In this document: positions 18,832-26,752 of the stretch, piece by piece | Layout: each line of letters begins with the position of its first letter | Numbering within the stretch: the first letter of the stretch is position 1 | NCBI GenBank assembly: GCA_964428065.1 | Contig: CAYRWZ010000003.1 | Coordinates: forward strand, 1,499-65,056 | Source: an uncultured Comamonadaceae bacterium | GTDB lineage: Bacteria > Pseudomonadota > Alphaproteobacteria > Elsterales > Elsteraceae | DNA: 63,558 bases | Direction of reading: 5' to 3' | Notes under the pieces: generated by a model | Database searches by the model: none | What the model was told of the DNA's origin: nothing | What the model saw: the letters and a program-made list of their open reading frames with translations, nothing else | Position numbers and translations under genes: made by a program

Positions 18832-19856
18832 CCCGGTTATTCCCCGCCTGTCGTGCCGTGTGTCTGTGTGTGGGGCTGATGCTGGCCAGCCTGGCCACCC
18901 CCGGCCCGGCGGCCGCGCAATCGGCAGACCCGTTCAATCGCAGCGCGCCCCAGCAAAGCCAGCCTGCGCAAGTTCAGCCCGAAACACCCGCGCCACAGGC
19001 GCTTGGTTTGCTGGATCGCTGGTCGCGCTGGATCGCCGTAACCCAGCGCGCAGCGTCGGCCGAATTGCGGGCAGCGATGGCCGCGATCCGCGATAGCAGC
19101 AGCCCACTGCCCTATCTGATCGGCATGGGTATCGGCTTCCTGTATGGCGCTTTCCATGCCGCCGGGCCGGGCCATGGCAAGGCGGTGGTGATCTCCTACT
19201 TCCTGTCGCGCAGCGCCCGGATTCCCTATGGCCTGTGGATGGGGGTGCGGATTGCCGCCACCCATGTGGCTTCGGCCGTGCTGCTGGTCGGGCTGGTGGT
19301 GGTCGCCTTCGGCGGCACGCTGCCCGCCGATGTGGAAAACATGGCCGTAGTACGGATCATCAGCTATCTGGCGATTGCGACGCTGGGGGCGTGGATGCTG
19401 GCCCGCACAGTAACCGCCCTGCGCCGGGGACAACGGGTAGACGCCTGCTGCGACCATGCGCACGGGCATGCGCCCGGGCATACGCATGACCATCATCACC
19501 ACGACCATCATCACCACGACCATCATCACCACGACCATGGCGAGGCCAATCAGGGCCAAAGCCGCCTGGCGGCCTTGATCGTCGGCGCGGTGCCGTGCAC
19601 GGGCGCGGTTCTGGTGCTACTGTTTTCCGTGGCCAACGGCATGCCGCTGGCCGGGCTTCTGGTGGTGATTGCGATCGGCGTCGGTATGGCGGCAACCATG
19701 GCCGTGCTGGGGCTGGCCGCCATTCTGGCCCGGCACCGGGTGGAACGCTGGGCACAAAGCCGCCCGCGCCAATCCTGGATCACCACCGCGCTGGATATCG
19801 CCGGACCCGCCTTTATCTTCCTGTTAGGCACGTCCCTGACGGTATTGACACTCTAG
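18816..19856 (+). CDS. Nickel/cobalt (metal) transporter, NicO/RcnA family, with a His-rich loop
   Basis: Multi-TM protein with FLYGAFHAAGPGHGK (NicO signature-like) and the cytoplasmic loop HAHGHAPGHTHDHHHHDHHHHDHHHHDHGE. Confidence 0.85.
   Translation: MRHLLTRLFPACRAVCLCVGLMLASLATPGPAAAQSADPFNRSAPQQSQPAQVQPETPAPQALGLLDRWSRWIAVTQRAASAELRAAMAAIRDSSSPLPYLIGMGIGFLYGAFHAAGPGHGKAVVISYFLSRSARIPYGLWMGVRIAATHVASAVLLVGLVVVAFGGTLPADVENMAVVRIISYLAIATLGAWMLARTVTALRRGQRVDACCDHAHGHAPGHTHDHHHHDHHHHDHHHHDHGEANQGQSRLAALIVGAVPCTGAVLVLLFSVANGMPLAGLLVVIAIGVGMAATMAVLGLAAILARHRVERWAQSRPRQSWITTALDIAGPAFIFLLGTSLTVLTL
19488..19538 (+). repeat. 15-nt tandem repeat (GACCATCATCACCAC x3.4) encoding (DHHHH)n inside the NicO gene
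   Basis: Three identical consecutive 15-mers at 19488-19502, 19503-17 and 19518-32, plus a partial fourth copy. Confidence 0.9.
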
Positions 19857-20506
19857 CCCCTACCCAGCGGCCCCTTTTCAGCCGACAGGGCGGGATGCAG
19901 CGCGGCCATCCGGTCGGCCACGTCCGCATCCATGGGCCGCCCGGTGCTGCGCAGCCCGGCAATGGCGCCCGCCGCATCCTCGGCCGTGCGGTTCTGGCCC
20001 ATCTTGCGCTTGCCCTCCAGCCGCTGCACCGGCAGGGCGAAGGTGACAATGCCGCGCACCTGCCGCGCCAGATAGTCGGCCTCCAGGGCCATCGGCCGCC
20101 ATTCGGGTTCATAGTCCGCCGACAGGCGCTGAAGCAGGGTCACTGCCTGCGCGTCATCCTCGATCACATGGGGGCGGCCGATTGCGTGCACCGCTTCATA
20201 GTTCCAGGTCGGAACATTGGGCGTGCTGCGGTACCAGAGCGGCGAGATATAGGCATGGGGGCCATGGAAGATCGCCAGCGCCGGCCGGGTGCCGTCGAAC
20301 ATCTGCCATTGCGGGTTGCTGCGGGCCAGATGGCCGTAGAGCCAGGGCTGGCCATCCGGCCCCTCCGGCTCCAGATGCAGGGGGATATGGCCCGCTTCCG
20401 GCACGCCATCGTCACCGACTGTCACCAAGGTGGCGAAACCGTTGGCGCGGATAAAGGCAATCTGCTCGGCCCGGTCGGCCATGGCGAACAGTTTGGGCAC
20501 ATACAT
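19853..20506 (-). CDS. FMN-binding negative transcriptional regulator, PaiB family
   Basis: 217 aa from ATG 20506: MYVPKLFAMADRAEQIAFIRANGFATLVT..HLARSNPQW..AIFHGPHAYISPLWY..VPTWNY is characteristic of PaiB. The ATG shares one base with the upstream stop (TGATG). Confidence 0.85.
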   Translation of the reverse strand: MYVPKLFAMADRAEQIAFIRANGFATLVTVGDDGVPEAGHIPLHLEPEGPDGQPWLYGHLARSNPQWQMFDGTRPALAIFHGPHAYISPLWYRSTPNVPTWNYEAVHAIGRPHVIEDDAQAVTLLQRLSADYEPEWRPMALEADYLARQVRGIVTFALPVQRLEGKRKMGQNRTAEDAAGAIAGLRSTGRPMDADVADRMAALHPALSAEKGPLGRG

Positions 20507-21051
20507 CAGGGCAAATCCTTGATCCAGGCCAAGGCATCGCGGAACAGGTCGGTATCCGCGCGCCCCAGCCATTCGAATGCGACCATATCGGTCGTCACCG
20601 GAACGATTCCGGCAGCCGCCATCCGGCGCAGCGCAATCTCGGCATCGAGCGAGCGGCGCGCGGCAATCGCATCGGCCACGACATAGACCGCCGCCCCCCG
20701 TGCCCGCAGGCCCAGCGCGGTCTGCAACACGCAGATATGCGCCTCTGCCCCGCACAGCACGATCTGCCGCGCGTCGGGCAGCAGGATATCCGGCGCCCCT
20801 GCCTCGGCCGTGGCATCGAAATGGGTCTTGTGCAGAATCGCACCGGCCGGTAACGGGGCGCGCAGCGATGGCACCAGCGGCCCGATCCGCGCCGGCATAT
20901 GTTCGGTTGCAACGCATGGCACGAACAGGCTGGCCGCCAGGCGCGCCAGTAGCTCCATCCGGCGCAGCGCCCGGCCATCGGGATCGACGGCCGGCATCAG
21001 CCGTTCCTGGGCATCGACGATCAGCAGCCGGCTGGTTGCCGCAGAGAGCAT
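20506..21051 (-). CDS. Isochorismatase-family hydrolase
   Basis: RLLIVDAQERL..LCGAEAHICVLQTALGL..VYVVADAIAAR. Catalytic Cys context (AEAHICV). ATG 21051 lies inside the longer track ORF. Confidence 0.85.
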   Translation of the reverse strand: MLSAATSRLLIVDAQERLMPAVDPDGRALRRMELLARLAASLFVPCVATEHMPARIGPLVPSLRAPLPAGAILHKTHFDATAEAGAPDILLPDARQIVLCGAEAHICVLQTALGLRARGAAVYVVADAIAARRSLDAEIALRRMAAAGIVPVTTDMVAFEWLGRADTDLFRDALAWIKDLP

Positions 21052-21055
21052 GCCG

Positions 21056-22245
21056 CTACCCATGGGCGGCCCGCAGCGCCTGATCCAGATCGGCAAACAG
21101 ATCCTCCACCGATTCCAGCCCAGCGGACAGACGCAGCAGATCGGCCGGAACCGGGGTGCCCGGCCCTTCGATGGAGGCGCGATGTTCGATCAGGCTTTCC
21201 ACCCCGCCGAAGGAGGTGGCACGCTTCCACAGGCCAACCCTGGCCGCCGTGGCAATCGCCGCCGCTTCGCCGCCGCGCACCCGGATCGACAGCATGCCGC
21301 CGAATCCGCCGGTACAAAGTCGCTGGGCCAAGGCCCGGTCGGGGGAGCCTGGCAGGCCGGGATACAGAACCTCTGCCACCATCGGATGCCCGGCCAGCCG
21401 CTGGGCCAGGGTCATGGCGGCCCGGCTGGCGGCCTCTACCCGCACGGCCAGGGTACGATGCCGCGCATCAGCAGCCAGGCCTCAAACGGCCCCAGCACCG
21501 CGCCTATAGCCGCTCGTGTCGCCACGATACGTTGCCAGAACGCATCGTCCCGCGCGGTGGTCAGGCTGCCCGCGATCACATCGGAATGGCCGTTCAGATA
21601 TTTCGTCGCCGCGTGCATGACGATATCGGCCCCATGTTCGATCGGGCGGCACAGAATGGGCGTCGCCGCCGTGGAATCGACCGCCAGCAGCGCTCCGATG
21701 CCATGGGCCAGATCGGCCAGCGACGGCAGGTCGGCCAGCCGCCAGGTCGGGTTGGCCGGGCTTTCCGCCCAGATCAGCCGGGTCTGGCCGGGGCGCAACG
21801 CGGCGGCAACTGTGGCAAGGTCGGTCATATCGACAAAGGTGACCTGCAGGCCCCAGTCGGTCGCCGGGCCCAGCAGCCAGTTGCGCAGCGACCAATACAT
21901 GACCTGCGGGGCAATCACATGGTCGCCGGGGCGGAGCGAGAGGAACACCGCCGTCGCCGCCGCCATGCCCGATGCGAACAACAGCGTCGCCGCCCCGCGC
22001 TCCAGCCGGGTCAGAAGCGCCTCCGGTTGGTCATAGGTAGGGTTATGCGGGCGGGAATAGACCCGGCCGCTGCGATACTGGTTATCCGGATCGCGCAGAT
22101 AGGTGGTGGCCGGGTGCAGGGGCGGCACGATTGCACGGGTTGCTTCGTCCACCCAGCCCAGGCCCTGGGCGATATCCGTCCTGGGATCTAATCTGGCATC
22201 GAATCTGGGATCGAACGGCCCGCCCGGGCCATCGGCATGACTCAT
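21056..22245 (-). pseudogene. Cys/Met-metabolism PLP enzyme (cystathionine beta-lyase / gamma-synthase family) interrupted by a 1-nt frameshift
   Basis: The N-part (track ORF 21436..22320, from ATG 22245) ends ..HAATKYLNGHSDVIAGS..GPFEAWLLMRGIVPWPCG*. The C-part (21056..21445, other frame) continues (RTLA)VRVEAASRAAMTLAQRLAGHPMV..YPGL..SFGGVESLIEH. Joining them needs one extra base at about 21457 (observed ATCGTACC, expected ATC-CGT-ACC). Confidence 0.8.
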
Positions 22246-22770
22246 GGTTGGCTCCAACAGGTTTGCCCCGGTTACCCTCACTCGTGTCCTGATCGCGCCC
22301 GATTTGCGCAGGCGACGCAAGCGAACAATTGCAACGGCGACAATCTTGTTTGAAATCAGTGTGGAAACAGTGCCCCATTTACCCCGAAAATAGTCAGATA
22401 ATCGCTGAAAACCCTATGATTTCGCAGTCTTGCCAGTGGGGAAAATGCGGGTTAAGTTATCAATGGGGGATGGCGTATCGTGTGGAGGGAAAATCGGGGC
22501 CCCGGCATCCGGAATTCCCGATCCACCGGCGTCATGTTCGGTTGGCTGGCCAGACGGACCTTCCCTTGCCTGCATCGCCGGCGTGGTGAACGAAACGCGC
22601 GGCCGGGCGGCAGGACGGGGCGGTTCCTCTTGCGGGTTTGGCCGCCGTAGGGTGCGCATGGAAGGCAGGGTCTTGCGCGTCACCAATCTCTCGACCCAGC
22701 CGGTTGGTAACTAGGACGATGTCGCTTTGGCGGAAACGGGCGACGGAGAGACGTAGGAGTATACAGGTTC

Positions 22771-23463
22771 ATGATGCGCAGAGGTTCCTTCCCCCAGTCG
22801 CAGCGCCCGATGGCGCCGACGGAAACGATCAGCGGTGCCGTGACGTGGTTTTCGACCAGCAAGGGCTTCGGCTTCATCAAACCGGCGGACGGGTCTGAAG
22901 ATATTTTCGTCCATGTGTCGGTCGTGCAGCGCGCCGGGCTGGACCAGTTGCGCGAAGGTGCGACGGTCAGCTGCGAGGTTGCGCCCGGTAAGAAGGGCCG
23001 TCAGGTCACCCGCCTGCTGGAGATCGACGATAGCACGGCCACCAGCGCCCCGTCGGGCGGTGGTTACGGCCAGGGCGAGGATGAAGGCGGCTTCCGCCCC
23101 CGGCGCGAGCGCGGTGGCTTCGGGGAGCGTGGCGGCTTTGGAGGAGAGCGCGGCGGTTATGGTGACCGCGACCGCGGCGGTTATGGCGGCGGTGGCGGCC
23201 GATTCGGTGGTGGCCGTGACTCCTACGAGGATAGCTATTCCGGCCCGGCGGGCGAACCCGGCGAAGGCACCATCAAGTGGTTCAACGCCACCAAGGGCTT
23301 TGGCTTCATCACCCCGGATTCCGGCGGCAAAGATGTGTTCCTGCATGCCAGCGTGGTGCGCCGCGCCGGCCTGATCGATGTGCAGCCGGGCCAGCGCGTC
23401 CGCTTCACCTCGATTGAACGGGATAAGGGCCCGGAAGCCCGCACCCTGGACGTGTCGGAATAA
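22771..23463 (+). CDS. Cold-shock protein with two cold-shock domains joined by an RGG/Gly-rich linker
   Basis: CSD1 GAVTWFSTSKGFGFIKPADGSEDIFVHVSVV. Linker GGGYGQGEDEGGFRPRRERGGFGERGGFGGERGGYGDRDRGGYGGGGGRFGGGRD. CSD2 GTIKWFNATKGFGFITPDSGGKDVFLHASVV. SD TAGGAG lies upstream of ATG 22771; an alternative start is at 22810. Confidence 0.85.
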   Translation: MMRRGSFPQSQRPMAPTETISGAVTWFSTSKGFGFIKPADGSEDIFVHVSVVQRAGLDQLREGATVSCEVAPGKKGRQVTRLLEIDDSTATSAPSGGGYGQGEDEGGFRPRRERGGFGERGGFGGERGGYGDRDRGGYGGGGGRFGGGRDSYEDSYSGPAGEPGEGTIKWFNATKGFGFITPDSGGKDVFLHASVVRRAGLIDVQPGQRVRFTSIERDKGPEARTLDVSE

Positions 23464-23490
23464 CACCCGTCCCGATCCGTTTTCGAATGA

Positions 23491-23523
23491 ACCCCGCCGC
23501 TGATCCCGGCGGGGTTTGTTTTT
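23491..23523 (+). terminator. Intrinsic terminator of the csp gene
   Basis: Stem ACCCCGCCG / CGGCGGGGT (9 bp), 7-nt loop, then TTTGTTTTT. Confidence 0.7.
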
Positions 23524-23608
23524 ACCCGATCGAGTTTTTTTGGCCGTGCACAACGCGCTCTGGTATAGCGTGGCTTCACTGTTCGGCTTGGTAGAGGGTT
23601 TCGCCGCA

Positions 23609-24760
23609 ATGTCCCGCCTGTTGACCCGCGCCCTGGCTCTGGGGGCGATGCTTCTGCTGCCCGCAACCGTTCTGGCGCAGGGCACCCCGACCGCCCCCGC
23701 TTCCACTTCAGCCCCCTCCCCGGCCGCCACTCCGGCCATGACGCCCTTGCAGGCCGATGGGCCGGAACTCTATCCGGGGGAACGCGCCCTGGCCGAGGCT
23801 GCGGTGAAAGAAGGGCTGATCGTCGCCACCAACACCGCCCTGGGCTGGGCCAACTGGGGCGCGGTGGCGAAAGCCTTTGGCGAGCGGTATCCGGGCCTGA
23901 CGCTGGTGCATAACGATATCGGCTCCACCGGTGCCGTGACCATGCTGGACCGCCAGCGGGACCGGCCGATTGCCGACACCGTCTATTACTTCACGCTGGT
24001 GGCACTGGATGCCGCCAGCCGCGGGGTGCTGGCGCCGCATCGGCCGCTGAATATCGACCGGATCGCCAGCAGCCTGCATGACGGCGATGGCCTGTGGTCG
24101 GCCGTGCATCACCTGCCGGTCGCCTTCATCGTCAATCGCAAGCTGGTGAAAAGCCTTCCGCGCAGCTGGGCCGATCTGCGCAAGCCCGACTATAAGGGCC
24201 AGATCGTCTATTTCGATCCGGTCGGCACCAGCGTCGGCATGATCACCGTGCTGGCCGCCAACCATGCGGCAGGCGGAACCTTGAGTTCGGTGCGCCCGGG
24301 GATCGACTATTTCGCCCAGTTGCACCGGTCCGGCAATGTGAAATCGGTTGAAAGCGCCAGCCCCTATGCCCGCTTCCTGAAGGGGGAAATCCCCATCTGG
24401 ATCAGCTTTGAAATGGATGGGCTGCGTGCGCGCACGGTCGATGGGTTCGACGATGTGGAGGTGATCCTGCCCAGCGATGGCACGGCCACCGCCGCCTATG
24501 CCATGAGCCTGGTCAAAGGGGCGCGGAACGAGGCCGGGGGCAAGCTGTGGTACAATTTCGTTCTGTCGGAACCGGCCCAACGCCTGTTCGCCGACGGGCA
24601 TGTGCGCCCGGCGGTGACTGCCCTCAGCCTGCCGCAGGATGTGGCTGCGCGCCTGCCCACCCTGCCCCGGCTGGATATTCCGGATCCGCTGCGCGCCACC
24701 CTGCGCAAGACCGATATCGACCGCGCCTGGCCCACGATCCTGACGGGCGGCATGCCCTAA
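23609..24760 (+). CDS. Orphan ABC transporter substrate-binding protein (family 1, iron(III)/polyamine-like)
   Basis: Signal peptide MSRLLTRALALGAMLLLPATVLAQG, about 380 aa mature protein, general family-1 solute-binding look. No permease or ATPase genes adjacent. Confidence 0.72.
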   Translation: MSRLLTRALALGAMLLLPATVLAQGTPTAPASTSAPSPAATPAMTPLQADGPELYPGERALAEAAVKEGLIVATNTALGWANWGAVAKAFGERYPGLTLVHNDIGSTGAVTMLDRQRDRPIADTVYYFTLVALDAASRGVLAPHRPLNIDRIASSLHDGDGLWSAVHHLPVAFIVNRKLVKSLPRSWADLRKPDYKGQIVYFDPVGTSVGMITVLAANHAAGGTLSSVRPGIDYFAQLHRSGNVKSVESASPYARFLKGEIPIWISFEMDGLRARTVDGFDDVEVILPSDGTATAAYAMSLVKGARNEAGGKLWYNFVLSEPAQRLFADGHVRPAVTALSLPQDVAARLPTLPRLDIPDPLRATLRKTDIDRAWPTILTGGMP

Positions 24761-24862
24761 CCCGCTGCCCACTGTCCACAGCCCGGCAGAAGGGCCGATC
24801 AACGGATCGCTTGCCAGGCGGCGCAAACTGCCCTTATATAGATACACCATTTCGGTGCATCA

Positions 24863-24897
24863 AACCGGCGCGAGGGCCTTCCTCCGCCGGTTTTTTC
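24863..24897 (+). terminator. Intrinsic terminator between the binding-protein gene and the Gp45-like gene
   Basis: AACCGGCG..CGCCGGTT stem with an inner GAGG/CCTC extension, followed by TTTTTT (24891-24896). Confidence 0.65.
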
Positions 24898-24919
24898 TTG
24901 TCCGAAGGGGGCATTTGCC

Positions 24920-25417
24920 ATGGAAGATTTTGCCTTACCCGTTGATAATTCAACCGATTTTATTGGCCGCGTGTTCGCCCGCACCTCCGAACACGACGTC
25001 TCGGTGGCCAATCTGCTCACCCCAGCCAAACTGGTGCAAACCGATCCCGGCCAGGCGACCCAGACCGTCCAGGCCGAACTTTACGCCCAGGAATTCAAGA
25101 ACGGGATGGCGTTGATTGAGCCCTATGGCTTCACCAGCGCGCCGCTGCCGGGGGCGACCGCGTTGGGCGCCTTCATCGGCGGACGGCGGGAGGACGGGAT
25201 TGCCCTGCTGCCGCATGATCCGCGCTATCGGCCGACCAATCTGCAACCGGGCGAAGTGTGCCTCTACAACCGCGCCGATGCAGAGGGCAGCGCCTGCCGG
25301 ATTCACCTGATGGCCGATGGCAGTATCGAAATTGCCGTGCCAGACGGCACCGCCACCCTGTCAGCCGATGTCAACCCGGCCGATCTTATCCCGGCTGAGG
25401 AGCGGGAGGGCGCATGA
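24920..25417 (+). CDS. Phage Mu Gp45-type baseplate spike protein, short form (165 aa)
   Basis: EPYGFTSAPLPGATALGAFIGGRREDGIALLPHDPRYRPTNLQPGEVCLYN matches the conserved Gp45 N-domain block (QYGFTS.PLPGAEA..AF.GG.R.HG......D.RYR...L..GEVALY as I remember it). SD AAGGGGG upstream. It ends about 45 aa after the block. Confidence 0.72.
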   Translation: MEDFALPVDNSTDFIGRVFARTSEHDVSVANLLTPAKLVQTDPGQATQTVQAELYAQEFKNGMALIEPYGFTSAPLPGATALGAFIGGRREDGIALLPHDPRYRPTNLQPGEVCLYNRADAEGSACRIHLMADGSIEIAVPDGTATLSADVNPADLIPAEEREGA

Positions 25418-25779
25418 GCCAGGTCATCTCGCGCCGCCGGGTTGCCCGTCTGGGCGATCCGGCCTTTTGCCCCCGGCATGGCAGCGTGCGCATCGTCAGC
25501 GGCCAAGCCGAATTCCGCATCAACGGCCACCCCGTTGCCCGTCAGGGCGACCGGCTGAGCTGCGGGGCGATCATCACCAGCGGCGCGGCCCATGCCCGCA
25601 TCAATGGTCGGCCAATCGCCCGCGCAGGCGACAGCCACAGCCATGGCGGCGTGCTGCTGGACGGCACCGCCCGCTGCTTCATCACCGGCTATGGCCCCGC
25701 CTTCGCGGGCCAAGGCTTCACCCAATTGACGGTTGGCGGAGAACATTGGGAAGCCCCCTCAAACGAGGTCTGCAAATGA
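25414..25779 (+). CDS. PAAR-domain protein
   Basis: 121 aa with three PAAR-type repeats: GDPAFCPRHG, NGHPVARQGDRLSCG, NGRPIARAGDSHSHGG. The start overlaps the Gp45-like stop (ATGA at 25414-25417). Confidence 0.8.
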   Translation: MSQVISRRRVARLGDPAFCPRHGSVRIVSGQAEFRINGHPVARQGDRLSCGAIITSGAAHARINGRPIARAGDSHSHGGVLLDGTARCFITGYGPAFAGQGFTQLTVGGEHWEAPSNEVCK

Positions 25780-25909
25780 CACTTCCCATACAATAATATT
25801 CCGCGACGTATACCCCATGAAGTATTTGCCTCACAGGGTACTAACAATCAAAATATAAGGACTTATCAGAGCCATTATCTGAGCATCACTTTTTCAGAGA
25901 CTCGACCCC

Positions 25910-26704
25910 ATGCAGATCCACACTCGAAGCGCCTGCCTGATCCTCGCCCTATGCGTTGCGATGGTCCTGTCTGCCTGTTCTGGTCCCGATTCTGCAAAAG
26001 GTGCTGCTCAAATGGTCTCTCCCTTTACTCTGGATGCGCTGAAGCGCCGGTCGCTGGCGGCGATCGATCGAAATAAAGTTCCGCTGGAAACGGCGCAATC
26101 CTTTCCAATCCCCACCTTCTGGCGCGGTGCGCGCACGGTGGGGCTGGCCTTTGTCTATGATCAGGAACGCTATATGGATGGCGGGTTCGCTGTCGGCGAT
26201 CCGATCTGGTTCAATGTGGTCGATGTCATGACCGGGGAGGTTCTGGTCAATAAAGTGCCGGAAAAAGGCGATACACCGAACGAATATTTTTTCCTGCAAT
26301 ATCCTTGGATTCCGACCCAGAAATCTGCACGGTCGGACGAAATCCTCCAGTATCGGGTTCAGGATACGGTTGTGATTGAACAGAGCTTTGATCTTCTGCT
26401 GAAAAATCCGGATTTCATTCGCAATCCGAAATTCTTTCATGAAACCAATCCAGCCACTGACCCCGATAGTGAAGAAGTTATTTTCGCCCTCGCTTATTTC
26501 CGACAGCTCCGTCAAAGCCATGCCTTAGATGGACTAAACCCGGATTTATTTGGCTGGCGATCTAATACGCTCAAACATTCACAACCAACTTATTTCCAGA
26601 AATATTTACACTCTGTACAGGCTCATTTCGGACGCCGCCTCGAACCCTTCACTCCGCCACCAGCGCCAACCGAACCGCCGCCAAAGATTCGGGTGCAGCC
26701 ATGA
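25910..26704 (+). CDS. Hypothetical lipoprotein (AT-rich gene, no recognisable domain)
   Basis: 264 aa. Signal peptide with lipobox (CVAMVLSAC|SG) and a Pro-rich C-terminal tail. The ORF spans essentially the whole AT-rich patch. No obvious SD. Confidence 0.6.
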   Translation: MQIHTRSACLILALCVAMVLSACSGPDSAKGAAQMVSPFTLDALKRRSLAAIDRNKVPLETAQSFPIPTFWRGARTVGLAFVYDQERYMDGGFAVGDPIWFNVVDVMTGEVLVNKVPEKGDTPNEYFFLQYPWIPTQKSARSDEILQYRVQDTVVIEQSFDLLLKNPDFIRNPKFFHETNPATDPDSEEVIFALAYFRQLRQSHALDGLNPDLFGWRSNTLKHSQPTYFQKYLHSVQAHFGRRLEPFTPPPAPTEPPPKIRVQP

Positions 26705-26752
26705 GGGGGTGGGTGAGGATGTAAACCCTGGCAGGCCAGGGGCCATGGATAG

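Noticed and set aside
19488-19538. Short tandem repeats considered as a possible CRISPR-like array
   Set aside because: The repeats are contiguous 15-mers without spacers, in frame inside a metal-transporter gene, and encode a His-rich loop. I found no CRISPR array anywhere in the window.
22246-22330. Possible SAM-II or other riboswitch upstream of the MetC-like gene
   Set aside because: I could not find the conserved SAM-II elements (for example AAAGCU with a pseudoknot partner) by eye. A covariance-model scan would be needed to exclude it properly.
25949-26521. 190-aa minus-strand ORF inside the AT-rich patch
   Set aside because: The plus-strand ORF is longer, spans the whole patch and has a canonical lipoprotein signal peptide. 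The minus ORF has no start context or motif.
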